From: a virus
Taxonomy: Duplodnaviria; Heunggongvirae; Uroviricota; Caudoviricetes
Strand: one strand, 5' to 3'
IMG/VR virus record: IMGVR_UViG_3300046542_000616
DNA: 64,000 nt
Part shown: in pieces, positions 1 to 10,144 of the stretch
How positions within the stretch are numbered: the first letter of the stretch is position 1
How the letters are laid out: each line of letters starts with the position of its first letter
The notes under the pieces: generated by a model
What the model was told of the DNA's origin: nothing
Database searches by the model: none
What the model saw: only the letters and a program-made list of their open reading frames with translations
Translations under genes and position numbers: made by a program

Positions 1-369
1 AAAAAGCTGATCAGAGAAGGGGGCTACACCGTAATCCGGCTTGCTCAGGCAGGATTACTCGACGTCATCGGTGAAATGATGGGGGAGGGATACTGGCCAG
101 AGAAGGTTCAAAAACCATCGTCGCTGGAGGATGCGCTGGATGCTCTCCAGGATCGCACATTACTGCCCTTTTATCGGGTCTATTACACAGCCTTTGTTCG
201 GCATCACCCGATTGAGAGCGTGCTGCCGCTGATGAAATCCCCGAAAATGCAGGCCTTGATGCTTGAGGTCTACCGCGACGACGAACTCATTCCTCATCTT
301 CGTACTGGATTGCTCAAAGGCGCGCCCAGGGTCAGGGGAAAATTACTGGAAAATGGATTGGGGCTCTGA
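1..369 (+). CDS. family-A paralog (DUF4116-like repeat protein with conserved ...LE.xLGL C-terminal module), 5'-truncated by window edge
   Basis: Open frame from nt 1; translation KKLIREGGYTVIRLAQAGLLDVIGEMMGEGYWP... matches the C-terminal module of the downstream paralogs; ends KLLENGLGL*. Confidence 0.7.
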   Translation, partial: KKLIREGGYTVIRLAQAGLLDVIGEMMGEGYWPEKVQKPSSLEDALDALQDRTLLPFYRVYYTAFVRHHPIESVLPLMKSPKMQALMLEVYRDDELIPHLRTGLLKGAPRVRGKLLENGLGL

Positions 370-372
370 TCG

Positions 373-1245
373 ATGACGCGCCTTGAATTGATGACCAATA
401 TCCGGAGAGGGCATGAGTACCGCTTCGAAGATCTTCCTGAAGCCTACGTGGATAAGGAGCTGATCAAGGCATGGCTCAGCAGCGCAGCAGGATTATTGGC
501 GAAGATTCCAAAGCACCTGGTAGATGATGACATACGCAGGCATGCGATCACTGCAAAGCATGAGGATCTGGATATTGACGATTCTCCGATCAAGTACATC
601 GCCATGGCGGATACCCAATGCTATGAGGAGTTGGCGCTGTTGGCGCTTGATCAGACCGAATGGAACATGGAATTCGTTGATCATGCGTTGTATAGCGAGG
701 CCTTTTTCTTGAAGGCCCTGGAAATCAATCCACAAGCGATGATGCATTTTTTCTCGGACTGGACAGAGAACAAAATTGAGATCGAGTGGACTGAAGCGAT
801 GATCGATTCTGCCGTCAGCAAGTCACTGGATTACCTTGAGCACTTAGACAAGAATAAGGTCAAGCAAGAATCCCTTGAGTGCCTGATTCGCGAGGGTCAA
901 TACAGGCCAACCTTGATTGCTGGGGCCGGCCTGCTCGACGTCATGAGCGGCATGATGCGGGACGGGTATTGGCCAGCGATGACTGAAAAGCCATCATCAC
1001 TTGAGGACGGGTTGCGCCTTTTGCTGGAATCTCAAGGTTCGGATGACTTGGTGGTCTATTACAAGGCCTTTGTTCGCCACCATTCGATTAAGAACGTGAT
1101 CCCGTTGATGAAATCACCGAAGCTGCAGGGCTTGATGCTTGAGGTCTACAGCGCTGAAGAGTTGATGCCCCACTTGCGCACAGGTTTGCTTAAAGGCCAC
1201 GCTAAAGTCCGGGGAAAATTACTGGAACATGGATTGGGGCTTTGA
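373..1245 (+). CDS. family-A paralog (290 aa), conserved C-terminal tail ...KLLEHGLGL
   Basis: ORF; N-term FEDLPEAYVDKELIKAWL motif; P..L.DDDIRRHAI repeats; C-term module DGYWP...KPSSLED...LEVYSAEEL...LGL; ATGA overlap with next gene. Confidence 0.8.
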   Translation: MTRLELMTNIRRGHEYRFEDLPEAYVDKELIKAWLSSAAGLLAKIPKHLVDDDIRRHAITAKHEDLDIDDSPIKYIAMADTQCYEELALLALDQTEWNMEFVDHALYSEAFFLKALEINPQAMMHFFSDWTENKIEIEWTEAMIDSAVSKSLDYLEHLDKNKVKQESLECLIREGQYRPTLIAGAGLLDVMSGMMRDGYWPAMTEKPSSLEDGLRLLLESQGSDDLVVYYKAFVRHHSIKNVIPLMKSPKLQGLMLEVYSAEELMPHLRTGLLKGHAKVRGKLLEHGLGL

Positions 1246-2114
1246 ACATGACGCGTGAGGAATTAATCAGGGACGTTCGGGGATGGGAGGTAGAATACAG
1301 CTTCAAAAATCTCCCCAAGGAACACTTGGATAGAGATTTGATCAAGGAGTGGCTCAGTGGCCCTTATGGTGAACTAAGCCAAGTACCAAAGCATCTGCTC
1401 GATGATGACATTCGCCGGCACGCGATAACTTTCGCCCACGAGCAGTGTCACGATATCCCCCTGAAGTCGATCTTGGTTTCGGACACCCCAAATTACGAAG
1501 AGCTGGCGCTACTTTCTCTTAGGGAGAGCAGTACGTTTATGGCGTATGTTGATCCTTCCGTCTACAGCGAGGCGTTTTTCTTGAAGGCGCTGCAAGCCAG
1601 TGGTGCATCGATGATGCACTTTGAGCCAGGTAGGGGTAATGCAAAAATCGAGTGGACTCAGGCGATGATCGATGCAGCGATCAGCCAATCATGTAGCTAC
1701 TTGACGTATTTCCACAAAAGTCAGATCAAAAAAGAGAGCTTCAAACGCATGTTAATCGATGGCGTAGCCAGCGCCATTGATATTGCCGACGCCGGCTTTG
1801 CTGATTTTATTGGTGATGCGATGCGTGATGGTTATTGGCCGAAGGACGAAAAAAAGCCATCATCACTGGACGAGGCGCTCTGTTTCCTGCAAGACGCAAA
1901 GAAATCATCGCGCACGCGGGAGATTTACTACACCGCTTTTGTCCGCCACCATCCGATTGAGGATGTGATCCCCCTGATGAAATCTGCGAAGATGCAGTCA
2001 TTGATGCTGGAAATCTACACCTCGGAAGAGTTGATGCCGCATTTGCGTTCAGGCTTGCTCAGGGGCGCAGGGACGGTCAAAGCCAGACTGGTTGAGGATG
2101 GGCTGGGTTTATGA
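1242..2114 (+). CDS. family-A paralog (290 aa)
   Basis: ORF; ~50% identical to 373..1245; same N motif (FKNLPKEHLDRDLIKEWL) and C tail (RLVEDGLGL); ATGA overlaps both sides. Confidence 0.8.
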   Translation: MNMTREELIRDVRGWEVEYSFKNLPKEHLDRDLIKEWLSGPYGELSQVPKHLLDDDIRRHAITFAHEQCHDIPLKSILVSDTPNYEELALLSLRESSTFMAYVDPSVYSEAFFLKALQASGASMMHFEPGRGNAKIEWTQAMIDAAISQSCSYLTYFHKSQIKKESFKRMLIDGVASAIDIADAGFADFIGDAMRDGYWPKDEKKPSSLDEALCFLQDAKKSSRTREIYYTAFVRHHPIEDVIPLMKSAKMQSLMLEIYTSEELMPHLRSGLLRGAGTVKARLVEDGLGL

Positions 2115-2989
2115 CGCGTGAAGAATTGGAGTCTCTGGTTGTCAACCGTGAAGGCCAGATCGAGCTGTTCCAGGAGCTGCCCAAACAGCACCAGGACAAG
2201 GCCATGGCCCATCTGTGGATCAGTCATGGACGCGGCAGTTTGCGTGATATTCCAGAGGCTCTTATTGATGATGATCTGCGCCTGGCCGCGATGGCGCCCT
2301 GGTCTGGAAGCGAATCCACAAATAGACTAAACATCATTGATTCTTTGGGCCTGATCGAGCCTGGACACACTGAGCGCTATGCGGAAATCGCGCTCCGTGG
2401 CGTGATCAATTGCTCACCAGCCATTTGGTCGGTTGACTTCTCGTTTCTGACCAGCGACTTCCTCAAGAAGACCCTTGCGGGGAACCCGTTGGCCTTGGCC
2501 TCCCTGGTCAGAGACGAAGACAGGTTTACAAGGTCAAAAATTGTCATTGACCAGGACGTGATCGATCTTGCGGTATCTAATAGCACGGGGTATTTCGGGT
2601 ATTTCAAAGCGCATCAATACACTGAGGGCGCCATTCGAAATCTTATCAATAAAATTCTCATTAATTACGAAGAGCTCATTACCATCGGGCGGTTCAATGT
2701 ATTGATCGAGATGATCCGTGAAGGGTTTTGGCCGGGTAATTTTCACAAGCTTCCCACCGATCTTGATGATGGCATTGACCTAATGATGGAAGGGTCTTTT
2801 CTGTATCAGGCCTATGTGATGCAGTACCCAACCAAGGAAGTGATCGAAAAAATGACAACGCCGGAGAGAAAGGCGATGCTGCGCAAAATGTACCCTGCCG
2901 AAGAGCTGCTCAAGCATATGCAAGGCACCCATTTGGGCGGGGATCGAGCCTTCAAAGGCAGTTTGCTGGAAAGCGAGCTCGGCTTGTGA
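2111..2989 (+). CDS. family-A paralog (292 aa)
   Basis: ORF; FQELPKQHQDKAMAHLW motif; C tail SLLESELGL; ATGA overlaps. Confidence 0.8.
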   Translation: MTREELESLVVNREGQIELFQELPKQHQDKAMAHLWISHGRGSLRDIPEALIDDDLRLAAMAPWSGSESTNRLNIIDSLGLIEPGHTERYAEIALRGVINCSPAIWSVDFSFLTSDFLKKTLAGNPLALASLVRDEDRFTRSKIVIDQDVIDLAVSNSTGYFGYFKAHQYTEGAIRNLINKILINYEELITIGRFNVLIEMIREGFWPGNFHKLPTDLDDGIDLMMEGSFLYQAYVMQYPTKEVIEKMTTPERKAMLRKMYPAEELLKHMQGTHLGGDRAFKGSLLESELGL

Positions 2990-3858
2990 CCTATCATGAG
3001 GTGGTCTCCGGCCTGATTTCCGGGAAGGTCAAGAAATTCTCGAACATCCCCGAGGAGCACCTGAACGCCTGGGTCGCCAAGACCTGGGTGCAATATGGCC
3101 GTGGCTCCCTGGTGGACATCCCGGCGCACCTTGTTGATGACGAAGTTCGGATGGCGGCCATGACCGTCGATTCCCCCGTGAATCCGAATTATGAGTTTAT
3201 TGTGCCGTCCTTCAAGACGATTGACCCGTCCCAGACGAGCATTTACGAAGAATTGGCGCTTGAGGGAATTCGGCAAGACCGGTGGGTGCTCGCCTGCGTC
3301 AATCCGGCGCTCATAACCAAGGATTTCGTCCTCAAGGCGCTGGATAAGAATGCTGAGGTGCTGGCCCTGTATTCCCTGTGGTCGCTGAAAAGCCATTTCG
3401 GCCATCTCATTTGCCAGGAGATTGTTGACCACGCATTGTCCAAGTCAGCCATTTACCTGGAGAAGTTCGAGCTGCATTGGTTCACCGAAAAAGCGATCAG
3501 TATTTGTATACAAAACAATGATTTCAACTACCAAACGCTGGTGGATTTGGGTCATTACCATGTCCTGGTGGAGATGATTAGGGAGGGGTTTTGGCCTGCA
3601 TACCACAGACCCGCTCCAAAGAGCCCGGAGGATGCAGTGGAGCGTTGGATGCAGGAGCAAGAGTGCCTGCTGAGTCGAGCCGCTGTTCTCAAATATCCCA
3701 TGGAGGAGATCATTGCTCACATGGCAACGCCGGAAAGAAGGCCCGCGCTTTTGTGCCTCTATACGGTGGACGAGCTGATGCCACACCTCAAGACCAAAGT
3801 CCTGGGACAAGACCAGGTTTTTAAAGGCATTTTGATGGAAAGTGAGATGGGCTTATGA
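2986..3858 (+). CDS. family-A paralog (290 aa)
   Basis: ORF; FSNIPEEHLNAWVAKTW; IPAHLVDDEVRMAAM repeat; C tail ILMESEMGL; ATGA overlaps. Confidence 0.8.
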   Translation: MTYHEVVSGLISGKVKKFSNIPEEHLNAWVAKTWVQYGRGSLVDIPAHLVDDEVRMAAMTVDSPVNPNYEFIVPSFKTIDPSQTSIYEELALEGIRQDRWVLACVNPALITKDFVLKALDKNAEVLALYSLWSLKSHFGHLICQEIVDHALSKSAIYLEKFELHWFTEKAISICIQNNDFNYQTLVDLGHYHVLVEMIREGFWPAYHRPAPKSPEDAVERWMQEQECLLSRAAVLKYPMEEIIAHMATPERRPALLCLYTVDELMPHLKTKVLGQDQVFKGILMESEMGL

Positions 3859-4727
3859 GCCTCACCATCAGCCGTGAAGCATTCGTCATCCGCAAGCATT
3901 TCGATGATGTTCCGGCGCAATACCAGACCTATCAGTTGGCAAGGATATACATCGGGACGGGCAAGTGCAGTTTGAAGGGAATCCCAGAGCGATTTATTGA
4001 TGATGACCTACGCCTGCTCGCTGTCGAAATGGCTCAGAGTGCCGCGTATGCCGGCTTGGCGAAGGAGTCGCTCATGGCCATAAAACCTTCAGATACCGAG
4101 CGCTACGAAGAATTGGCATTGGCCAGCATACGATACGACGACTCCAACGTCAGGTACGTCGACAGTACTGTCATGGGCAATGAATTCATGAAGAAAGCGC
4201 TGGCCGTCAACGGCGATGCCCTGCTTGCATTTCTCAGGGATGCCGCGCATATGGGAAGAATTGACCTCACCCAAGAGCTGATCGACCTGGCAATCTCCAA
4301 CAGCGCCACCTATTTTAAGTTCGATGCGTTCCCCCTTGATCAGTACCGGGTTGAGGCCGTGAGCCAGTGCATCAAAAGCCAGAAATTTAACTTGCGAGAT
4401 TTGCTTAAGGTCGGGCATTTCCAGACATTGGTAGAGGTGATCAAGGAAGGCTGCTGGCCGGATCATTTTCCTGAAAAACCTTCGGGCCTCAAATCTGGAA
4501 TCGACACCATGATGCATCAGCCAGAACATAGCATCCTCGTGTACCGTGCCTATGTGATGAGCCATCCGATATCAGAGGTGGTAGCGCATATGACCAATAC
4601 TCAATACAGCGCCGAGCTGCTCAATATGTATTCCAAGGAAGAACTGGCGCCGTTTCTAAAGAATGGCCCGCTTGCCAAAGACCGTGAATTTAAAGGCCGA
4701 TTACTGGAAAATGAGCTGGGCCTCTGA
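3855..4727 (+). CDS. family-A paralog (290 aa)
   Basis: ORF; FDDVPAQYQTYQLARIY; IPERFIDDDLRLLAV; C tail RLLENELGL. Confidence 0.8.
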   Translation: MSLTISREAFVIRKHFDDVPAQYQTYQLARIYIGTGKCSLKGIPERFIDDDLRLLAVEMAQSAAYAGLAKESLMAIKPSDTERYEELALASIRYDDSNVRYVDSTVMGNEFMKKALAVNGDALLAFLRDAAHMGRIDLTQELIDLAISNSATYFKFDAFPLDQYRVEAVSQCIKSQKFNLRDLLKVGHFQTLVEVIKEGCWPDHFPEKPSGLKSGIDTMMHQPEHSILVYRAYVMSHPISEVVAHMTNTQYSAELLNMYSKEELAPFLKNGPLAKDREFKGRLLENELGL

Positions 4728-4764
4728 TTTAATGAAGTATTGCCAATCGACAGGATGATCGACC

Positions 4765-5655
4765 GTGGAAACACCAGGGCTGAAGGAACTGATTCGCGAC
4801 ATTACCAATGGGAAGATCGACGGTTTCTCAGACCTGGCGCCGCACGATCAAACGACAGAAGGCGCACAAGCTTGGTTTGACGTCAAAATGGCTTTTCTCA
4901 ACGACTCAGATCAAGAGACGATTGAGGCCTACTACGACGAGATTCCCCAGGCGTTGCGTTCCCATGCTGTGCATCTGAGGCTGGTGAAGAACAGCCCGCT
5001 GTCCATTGCCCGGATAACCCCAACGACCGAGCTTGAATATTGCGCCCTGATCAGTGCGGCGGTGACGACAGATCCCGCGTCCATCAATCTTGTCGACCCT
5101 GCCTACCAAACCGAACGCACCCTGCAGCTTGTATTGCCGAAATCCTCTTTCACGCTCAATTATGTCTTTCAAAAGTCCGACTGGGTGCGTCGAGAGCTCA
5201 CACCTGCCCTGGTTGACCTCAGCGCCCAAACTGGCGTGAATGTCCTGCTGGCGGTCGATGAAAGCCTGATCAGCAACAACGCGTTGGATTATTTGCTTTC
5301 AAACCACCTGGATAAGCACGCTCAAGTGCGCCGGGCTGGCAAGCTGCACCTGCTGAGCAAGGGTATCGAGCAAGGCTATTGGCCTCGTGGAAGGCTGAAT
5401 GGAAAGGTGAGTAAGCCAACCTGTTTGCCGGCTGCTGTCCGTATGCTGCTCTGTGCGACCTGCGAGGACACGGAAGCGCTTTACCTGGCCTGTGTGAAGA
5501 CTTACCCGGTTGGCAAGGTTGTAAGGCACCTCAAGGGCCCACTGGGGCGTAAGTTCTTGCTGGAGGCGTACACCACGGACGAACTCAGTCCGCACCTTAA
5601 GCAAATGGATAGCAGTCTCAAGGGGGTGTTGCTGGGCAGTGCGTTGGGATTATGA
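4765..5655 (+). CDS. family-A paralog (296 aa, GTG start, divergent member)
   Basis: ORF after 37-bp gap; C tail GVLLGSALGL; weaker N motif; ATGA overlap with next. Confidence 0.7.
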   Translation: METPGLKELIRDITNGKIDGFSDLAPHDQTTEGAQAWFDVKMAFLNDSDQETIEAYYDEIPQALRSHAVHLRLVKNSPLSIARITPTTELEYCALISAAVTTDPASINLVDPAYQTERTLQLVLPKSSFTLNYVFQKSDWVRRELTPALVDLSAQTGVNVLLAVDESLISNNALDYLLSNHLDKHAQVRRAGKLHLLSKGIEQGYWPRGRLNGKVSKPTCLPAAVRMLLCATCEDTEALYLACVKTYPVGKVVRHLKGPLGRKFLLEAYTTDELSPHLKQMDSSLKGVLLGSALGL

Positions 5656-6551
5656 AGATATTGCGGACGGAGGTTGAGGGATGCGCGCCAGCCGAAGTCA
5701 TCACAGCTATTAATTCTGGCTTGATCCGGCATTTTACTGATGTTCCTGTTCCCTGCAGAACGGAAGAGGTTGCGCTTGCCTGGATCAGAAGGATGAATTT
5801 GACTGGGGAATGCATACAGCGCTCTTATGACGCAGTGCCAGTTGAATCCCGAACCAGTGAGTTCATGATGCTTGCTGCACGGCATGGATGTGCCGTACTC
5901 AAGGATGTAACGCCAGGGCAGTTTCCTGAGTACAGGGAGCTTGCCCGCATGGCAGTTTCCTCGAATATTTTCGCGCTGAAGGATGTTGATCCGCGTTTTT
6001 GCGATGAAGCGATGCTGAAATTTACGCAAGGTGTTTTTCCAGAAGACATTCATAAAATCGCGAGGTCATGCGACTGGATATGGGGTGTAATGCCAGATAA
6101 ATTACTGAATAAAATTGCTCTCCATGACTCGCTCTTTGCGTTTGATATACCCCACGACCGAATGAGCAAGCCACTGCATCGCTACATTGACCTTAGTCAT
6201 CTTTCTTGGCGGCCTGGTAAGACGAATATTATTCGAACCATGGGTAGGCTTGATGTACTCGCGGCGCAGGTGCGTGAGGGGGAATGGTTTGAACACAAGC
6301 TGGAAAAGCCTTCCTCCCTTGAGCAGGCGGTTATCGGGCTGGGCAAAGGCCTAAAGGTAGACTCTGATCATGAAGCGAGCCTTTTGGCCTACGTCATGTC
6401 TCATCCAATTGCAGACGTGGTGCCGGCCATGAAGGGAAATCGCATGAAAAAGCTTCTGTTGGAAATGTATCCCGCCGAGGCCTTGGAGCCTTTTCTGAAA
6501 AATGACGTTGGCTTGCGAGGCGCGATGCTGGAAGGGGAGATGGGCCTGTGA
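5652..6551 (+). CDS. family-A paralog (299 aa; subcluster with CDW..FA.D.P motif)
   Basis: ORF; FTDVPVPCRTEEVALAWI; repeats EFMMLAARHGCAVLKDVTP / EYRELARMAVSSNIFALKDVDP; C tail AMLEGEMGL; overlaps. Confidence 0.8.
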   Translation: MKILRTEVEGCAPAEVITAINSGLIRHFTDVPVPCRTEEVALAWIRRMNLTGECIQRSYDAVPVESRTSEFMMLAARHGCAVLKDVTPGQFPEYRELARMAVSSNIFALKDVDPRFCDEAMLKFTQGVFPEDIHKIARSCDWIWGVMPDKLLNKIALHDSLFAFDIPHDRMSKPLHRYIDLSHLSWRPGKTNIIRTMGRLDVLAAQVREGEWFEHKLEKPSSLEQAVIGLGKGLKVDSDHEASLLAYVMSHPIADVVPAMKGNRMKKLLLEMYPAEALEPFLKNDVGLRGAMLEGEMGL

Positions 6552-7447
6552 GCGATCTCCCTGACATCTGCAGCGTGGATGATGTTTTTCACGACCTCCA
6601 ATACTCCATAATCCATACCTTTCTGGAAATACCGGCGCAGTACCAAACTGTCTCAATGGCAGCTTCCTGGATTGAGAAGACTCGGCTGTCTGGAGTGTGG
6701 CTGCATAGCGCCTTTGAGGAAGTCCCCGCCGAGTTCTGGTCAGGGGATTTCATGCTGGTGGCGGCGCAAAAGGGCTGCCCGGTGCTTAAGGTCGCTGCAC
6801 CTGAGCAGTTTCCAAATTACCGGGAAATTGCCATCGCATCACTGACCGTCAATGGTTGTCACCTCGTTGATGTCGACCCACGATTTCGTGATGATCAGAT
6901 GTTTGTGCACGTTCAGCAGACCTGGCCGGAGCACATGTTTGTCATCGCGAGGACGTGCGATTGGCTTATAGGCGCGGTGTCTGATGAGCTTCTTGATCGG
7001 TCAGCGCGCAGCGATCCGCTGTTTGCCCTGATCGCACCTCACGAACGACTTAGCGAGCCCTTACATCGCTACGTGACTCTGAGTGATCTAACCAATAGGA
7101 TGTGGGCATTCCACATCCTTCGCGAAAACGGTCACCTGCCTATGCTGGCAGCCAAGGTGAGCGAGGGGGAGTGGTTCGAGACTAAATTCACTACAATGAA
7201 AAAACCCGATTCCCTTGAGGATGCCGTTGTTGAGCTGGACAGGCTTAAGTCACTCGATGGCGGACTCGAGGTTATTTTCATGGTTTACATCATGACTTAT
7301 CCTATCGACAAAGTGGTTCCGGCCATGAAGGGCATACGCCTGAAAAAGCTTCTGCTTGAGATGTACTCGGCTGAGGCGCTGGCGCCATTCCTCAAAACTG
7401 ATGTGGAACTGAAGGGGGCGATGCTGGAAAGCGCGATAGGTCTATGA
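6548..7447 (+). CDS. family-A paralog (299 aa)
   Basis: ORF (GTG/ATG start in TGA overlap); FLEIPAQYQTVSMAASWI; C tail AMLESAIGL. Confidence 0.8.
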   Translation: MSDLPDICSVDDVFHDLQYSIIHTFLEIPAQYQTVSMAASWIEKTRLSGVWLHSAFEEVPAEFWSGDFMLVAAQKGCPVLKVAAPEQFPNYREIAIASLTVNGCHLVDVDPRFRDDQMFVHVQQTWPEHMFVIARTCDWLIGAVSDELLDRSARSDPLFALIAPHERLSEPLHRYVTLSDLTNRMWAFHILRENGHLPMLAAKVSEGEWFETKFTTMKKPDSLEDAVVELDRLKSLDGGLEVIFMVYIMTYPIDKVVPAMKGIRLKKLLLEMYSAEALAPFLKTDVELKGAMLESAIGL

Positions 7448-8346
7448 CTCTACTGACAGAATCTTCGAAGCCGTACCAGGTAAATGACGCCATGATTAAC
7501 GGGGCGGTGCGTTGTTTCACAGACCTACCTGAGTGCTTTCAGACACCCGAGAACGCGATCTTTTTTCTACAGCGCGCCCCCAAGGACGCCGACGTTAACA
7601 TCGACTTCCAATACAACACAGTGCCAAAGAATTGCCGGACGGATGCGTTTCTGATGGCCGCTGCGACCTTTGGTTGCAGGGTATTGAAGGATACCTATCC
7701 AGAAGATACGAGGTTTTACCGAGAAATAGCCACTTCGGCCATCAGCGCGAGCAGACTTAGCATAAAAGATGTTTCTCCTGCGTTTCGTGATGAAGAAATG
7801 CTGGAGCGCATAATTAAGCGATATCCAGGTGAAATTCACTCGTTGATGGGACGCATTGATTGGCTGGTAGAGGCCATGTCTGACGATCAGCTCGACAGGT
7901 GCTGTCAGTATGACTTCATGGTCGCTCTGGACGCGCCATCACACAGGATCAAGGGGGATATTGGTCGATACCTGCACCTGGACAAGCTCGATGGCCACGG
8001 GATTGTCTACGTACGGCGCCAGGGTCGTCTAGATCTGATTGCGAGCTGCCTGAAAGACAAGCCTTGGCCCTTTCCGCCATCAGCTGCGCAGATGATGCCT
8101 ACCTTTCCACGGTCAAGGGATCACCTCCTGACTCTGCTTGATAAATCAGACCCGGATACACCATACGAGACGGTGTACATGGCCTGCATGATGAATGAAC
8201 CGATTGAGCAGGTAGTGCCGTTGATGGTCAATAATCGCCTCAAAAAACTGTTGCTGGAAATGCACTCTCAAGAGGCGCTGGCGCCATACCTGAAAGCGGA
8301 CGTTGGGCTTCGCGGCCTGATGCTGGAAGAGGCGATTGGCCTATGA
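7444..8346 (+). CDS. family-A paralog (300 aa)
   Basis: ORF; FTDLPECFQTPENAIFFL; CCQYDFMVALDAPSHRIKGDIGRYL motif; C tail LMLEEAIGL. Confidence 0.8.
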   Translation: MTLLTESSKPYQVNDAMINGAVRCFTDLPECFQTPENAIFFLQRAPKDADVNIDFQYNTVPKNCRTDAFLMAAATFGCRVLKDTYPEDTRFYREIATSAISASRLSIKDVSPAFRDEEMLERIIKRYPGEIHSLMGRIDWLVEAMSDDQLDRCCQYDFMVALDAPSHRIKGDIGRYLHLDKLDGHGIVYVRRQGRLDLIASCLKDKPWPFPPSAAQMMPTFPRSRDHLLTLLDKSDPDTPYETVYMACMMNEPIEQVVPLMVNNRLKKLLLEMHSQEALAPYLKADVGLRGLMLEEAIGL

Positions 8347-9251
8347 TGAGCATTCTCAACGAACACAGCACCAGAGATGATGTGTTGAAGGTAATTCGCA
8401 AAGGTGAAGTCCGTGATTTCGCTGAAATTCCGGAATGCTTTCAAATACCTGAGATGGCGATCCGATATATCCAATATAGCTGCATATACCCCGACGTTAA
8501 TGACGAATTTAAATACAGCACAGTGCCTAAGCATTGTCGGACGGATGCCTTCCTAATGGAGGCTGCATCCATGGGCCTCAGGGTCTTGAAGGATACATTT
8601 CCAGAAGACACAGGGATTTACCGTGATCTTGCCGTTGTCACTATTGGCAGCGGATTTGGCTTTAAAGACGTACTTCCTGAGTTTCGTGATGAAGAGATGG
8701 TCGAGGGCATCATTAAGCGGTACTCAGGTAACATACATTCACTGATTGGGCGCGTTGATTGGCTGATAGAAGCCATGTCTGATGGCCAGCTCGACAGATG
8801 CTGTCATAATGAGTTCATGGTTGCCCTGGACGCGCCAGCACACCGGATCAAAGGGTGCGTGAGCCAATACCTGAAGCTGGATAAGCTGACCGGCCATGAA
8901 ATTGTCTACATTCGCCGCCATGGCCGACTTGATCTGATTGCACGGAAGCTCAAAGAAGAAAAGTGGCCTTTTCCATTATTCGGAGAGGGTGGCGAGAGAA
9001 TGCCGATAGAGCCGGAATCGATTGAAAAGTTGCTGGAAAGACTTGAAAAGTCAGACCCCGATACTCCCTACGAAACCATCTACATGGCTTGCATGATGCG
9101 CGAGCCCATCGCCCAGGTGGTGCCCTTGATGGCCAGCAACCGATTCAAGAAGCTGTTGCTCGAGATGTACTCGAAAGAAGCGCTGGCGCCTTTCTTGAAA
9201 ACGGACGCGGGCCTTCGTGGCGTGCTGCTGGAAGAGGCAATGGGACTGTGA
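8343..9251 (+). CDS. family-A paralog (302 aa)
   Basis: ORF; ~60% identical to 7444..8346; C tail VLLEEAMGL. Confidence 0.8.
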   Translation: MMSILNEHSTRDDVLKVIRKGEVRDFAEIPECFQIPEMAIRYIQYSCIYPDVNDEFKYSTVPKHCRTDAFLMEAASMGLRVLKDTFPEDTGIYRDLAVVTIGSGFGFKDVLPEFRDEEMVEGIIKRYSGNIHSLIGRVDWLIEAMSDGQLDRCCHNEFMVALDAPAHRIKGCVSQYLKLDKLTGHEIVYIRRHGRLDLIARKLKEEKWPFPLFGEGGERMPIEPESIEKLLERLEKSDPDTPYETIYMACMMREPIAQVVPLMASNRFKKLLLEMYSKEALAPFLKTDAGLRGVLLEEAMGL

Positions 9252-9253
9252 GC

Positions 9254-10144
9254 ATGTTTACTGAGAACAGCACGCAAGATGAGGTTATTGAGGCGATCCA
9301 GTCAGGCCGGATCCTTAACTTTCGTGATATCCCTGAGCATCTGTGCAATGAAAGCACAGCCATCGACTGGGTCATCGGCTCACCGTCTCCAGGAATATAT
9401 GATCTTGATCTGAAGTACGAACAAATCCCGTTAAGCTTCCGAACTGATCATTTCATGCGGCTTGCTGCAACAAATGGTTGTAACGTATTGAAGGACACAA
9501 GACCGGATCAGTGTTCGATTTATCGCGAACTGGCGCGCTTGTCTATCGCCAGAACACGTCAGGCCATGATGTATCTCGACCCATCGTTTCGCGATGACGA
9601 GATGATGAGACATATTGTTCGACACTATGGGGATGAGATGCGCTCATGGTCGACGCGCATTGATTGGCTTATCGATGCCTTGTCAGATGACCTCTTCGAC
9701 CAATGCTGCAAGGACGACTTCATGTTTGCTTTGGACGCGCCAGCACACCGCATGAAAGGTGACATTGGGCGATACCTTCACCTGGATGGGATGGATCGCC
9801 ATGAACTGATGTACATCCGAATCCGGGGGCGTCTTGACCTTATTGCGGCCAAGCTCAGGGATGAGGAATGGCCATTCCGATCACCGCTCGCAGATCTAAA
9901 AGCCCCAGAGTCAATGGATGAGTTGCTGGGATTGCTGGAAAATTCGCGTCCCGATTCCTCTGATGAAGGCGTGTACATGGCCTGCATGATGAATGAGCCC
10001 ATTCATGTTGTTGTTCCAGCTATGGCCAGCAATCGTTTTAAAAAGCTGTTGCTCGAGATGTACTCGGCTGAGGCGCTGGAGCCATTTGTGAAGGCAGATA
10101 CGGGCTTGAAGGGGGCCATGCTGGAACAGGCCATCGGCCTATGA
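9254..10144 (+). CDS. family-A paralog (296 aa)
   Basis: ATG 2 nt after upstream TGA; protein MFTENSTQDEVIEAIQSG... (ORF track's 9089 start is an upstream read-through artefact); C tail AMLEQAIGL. Confidence 0.75.
   Translation: MFTENSTQDEVIEAIQSGRILNFRDIPEHLCNESTAIDWVIGSPSPGIYDLDLKYEQIPLSFRTDHFMRLAATNGCNVLKDTRPDQCSIYRELARLSIARTRQAMMYLDPSFRDDEMMRHIVRHYGDEMRSWSTRIDWLIDALSDDLFDQCCKDDFMFALDAPAHRMKGDIGRYLHLDGMDRHELMYIRIRGRLDLIAAKLRDEEWPFRSPLADLKAPESMDELLGLLENSRPDSSDEGVYMACMMNEPIHVVVPAMASNRFKKLLLEMYSAEALEPFVKADTGLKGAMLEQAIGL

Noticed and set aside
2812-3432. 206-aa minus-strand ORF inside the plus array. Similar long antisense ORFs occur at 4089..4565, 5502..6053, 23830..24570, 12329..12703, 18168..18506 and 26233..26703.
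   Set aside because: They lie antisense to strongly conserved family-A genes, have Arg/Ser/His/Cys-rich shadow-like composition and no conservation between repeats. Such ORFs are expected by chance opposite ~52% GC coding sequence.
9089-9253. Upstream extension of gene 9254..10144 that overlaps the previous gene by 160 bp.
   Set aside because: The array pattern is a stop followed immediately by a start. The ATG at 9254 gives an N-terminus matching the paralogs.
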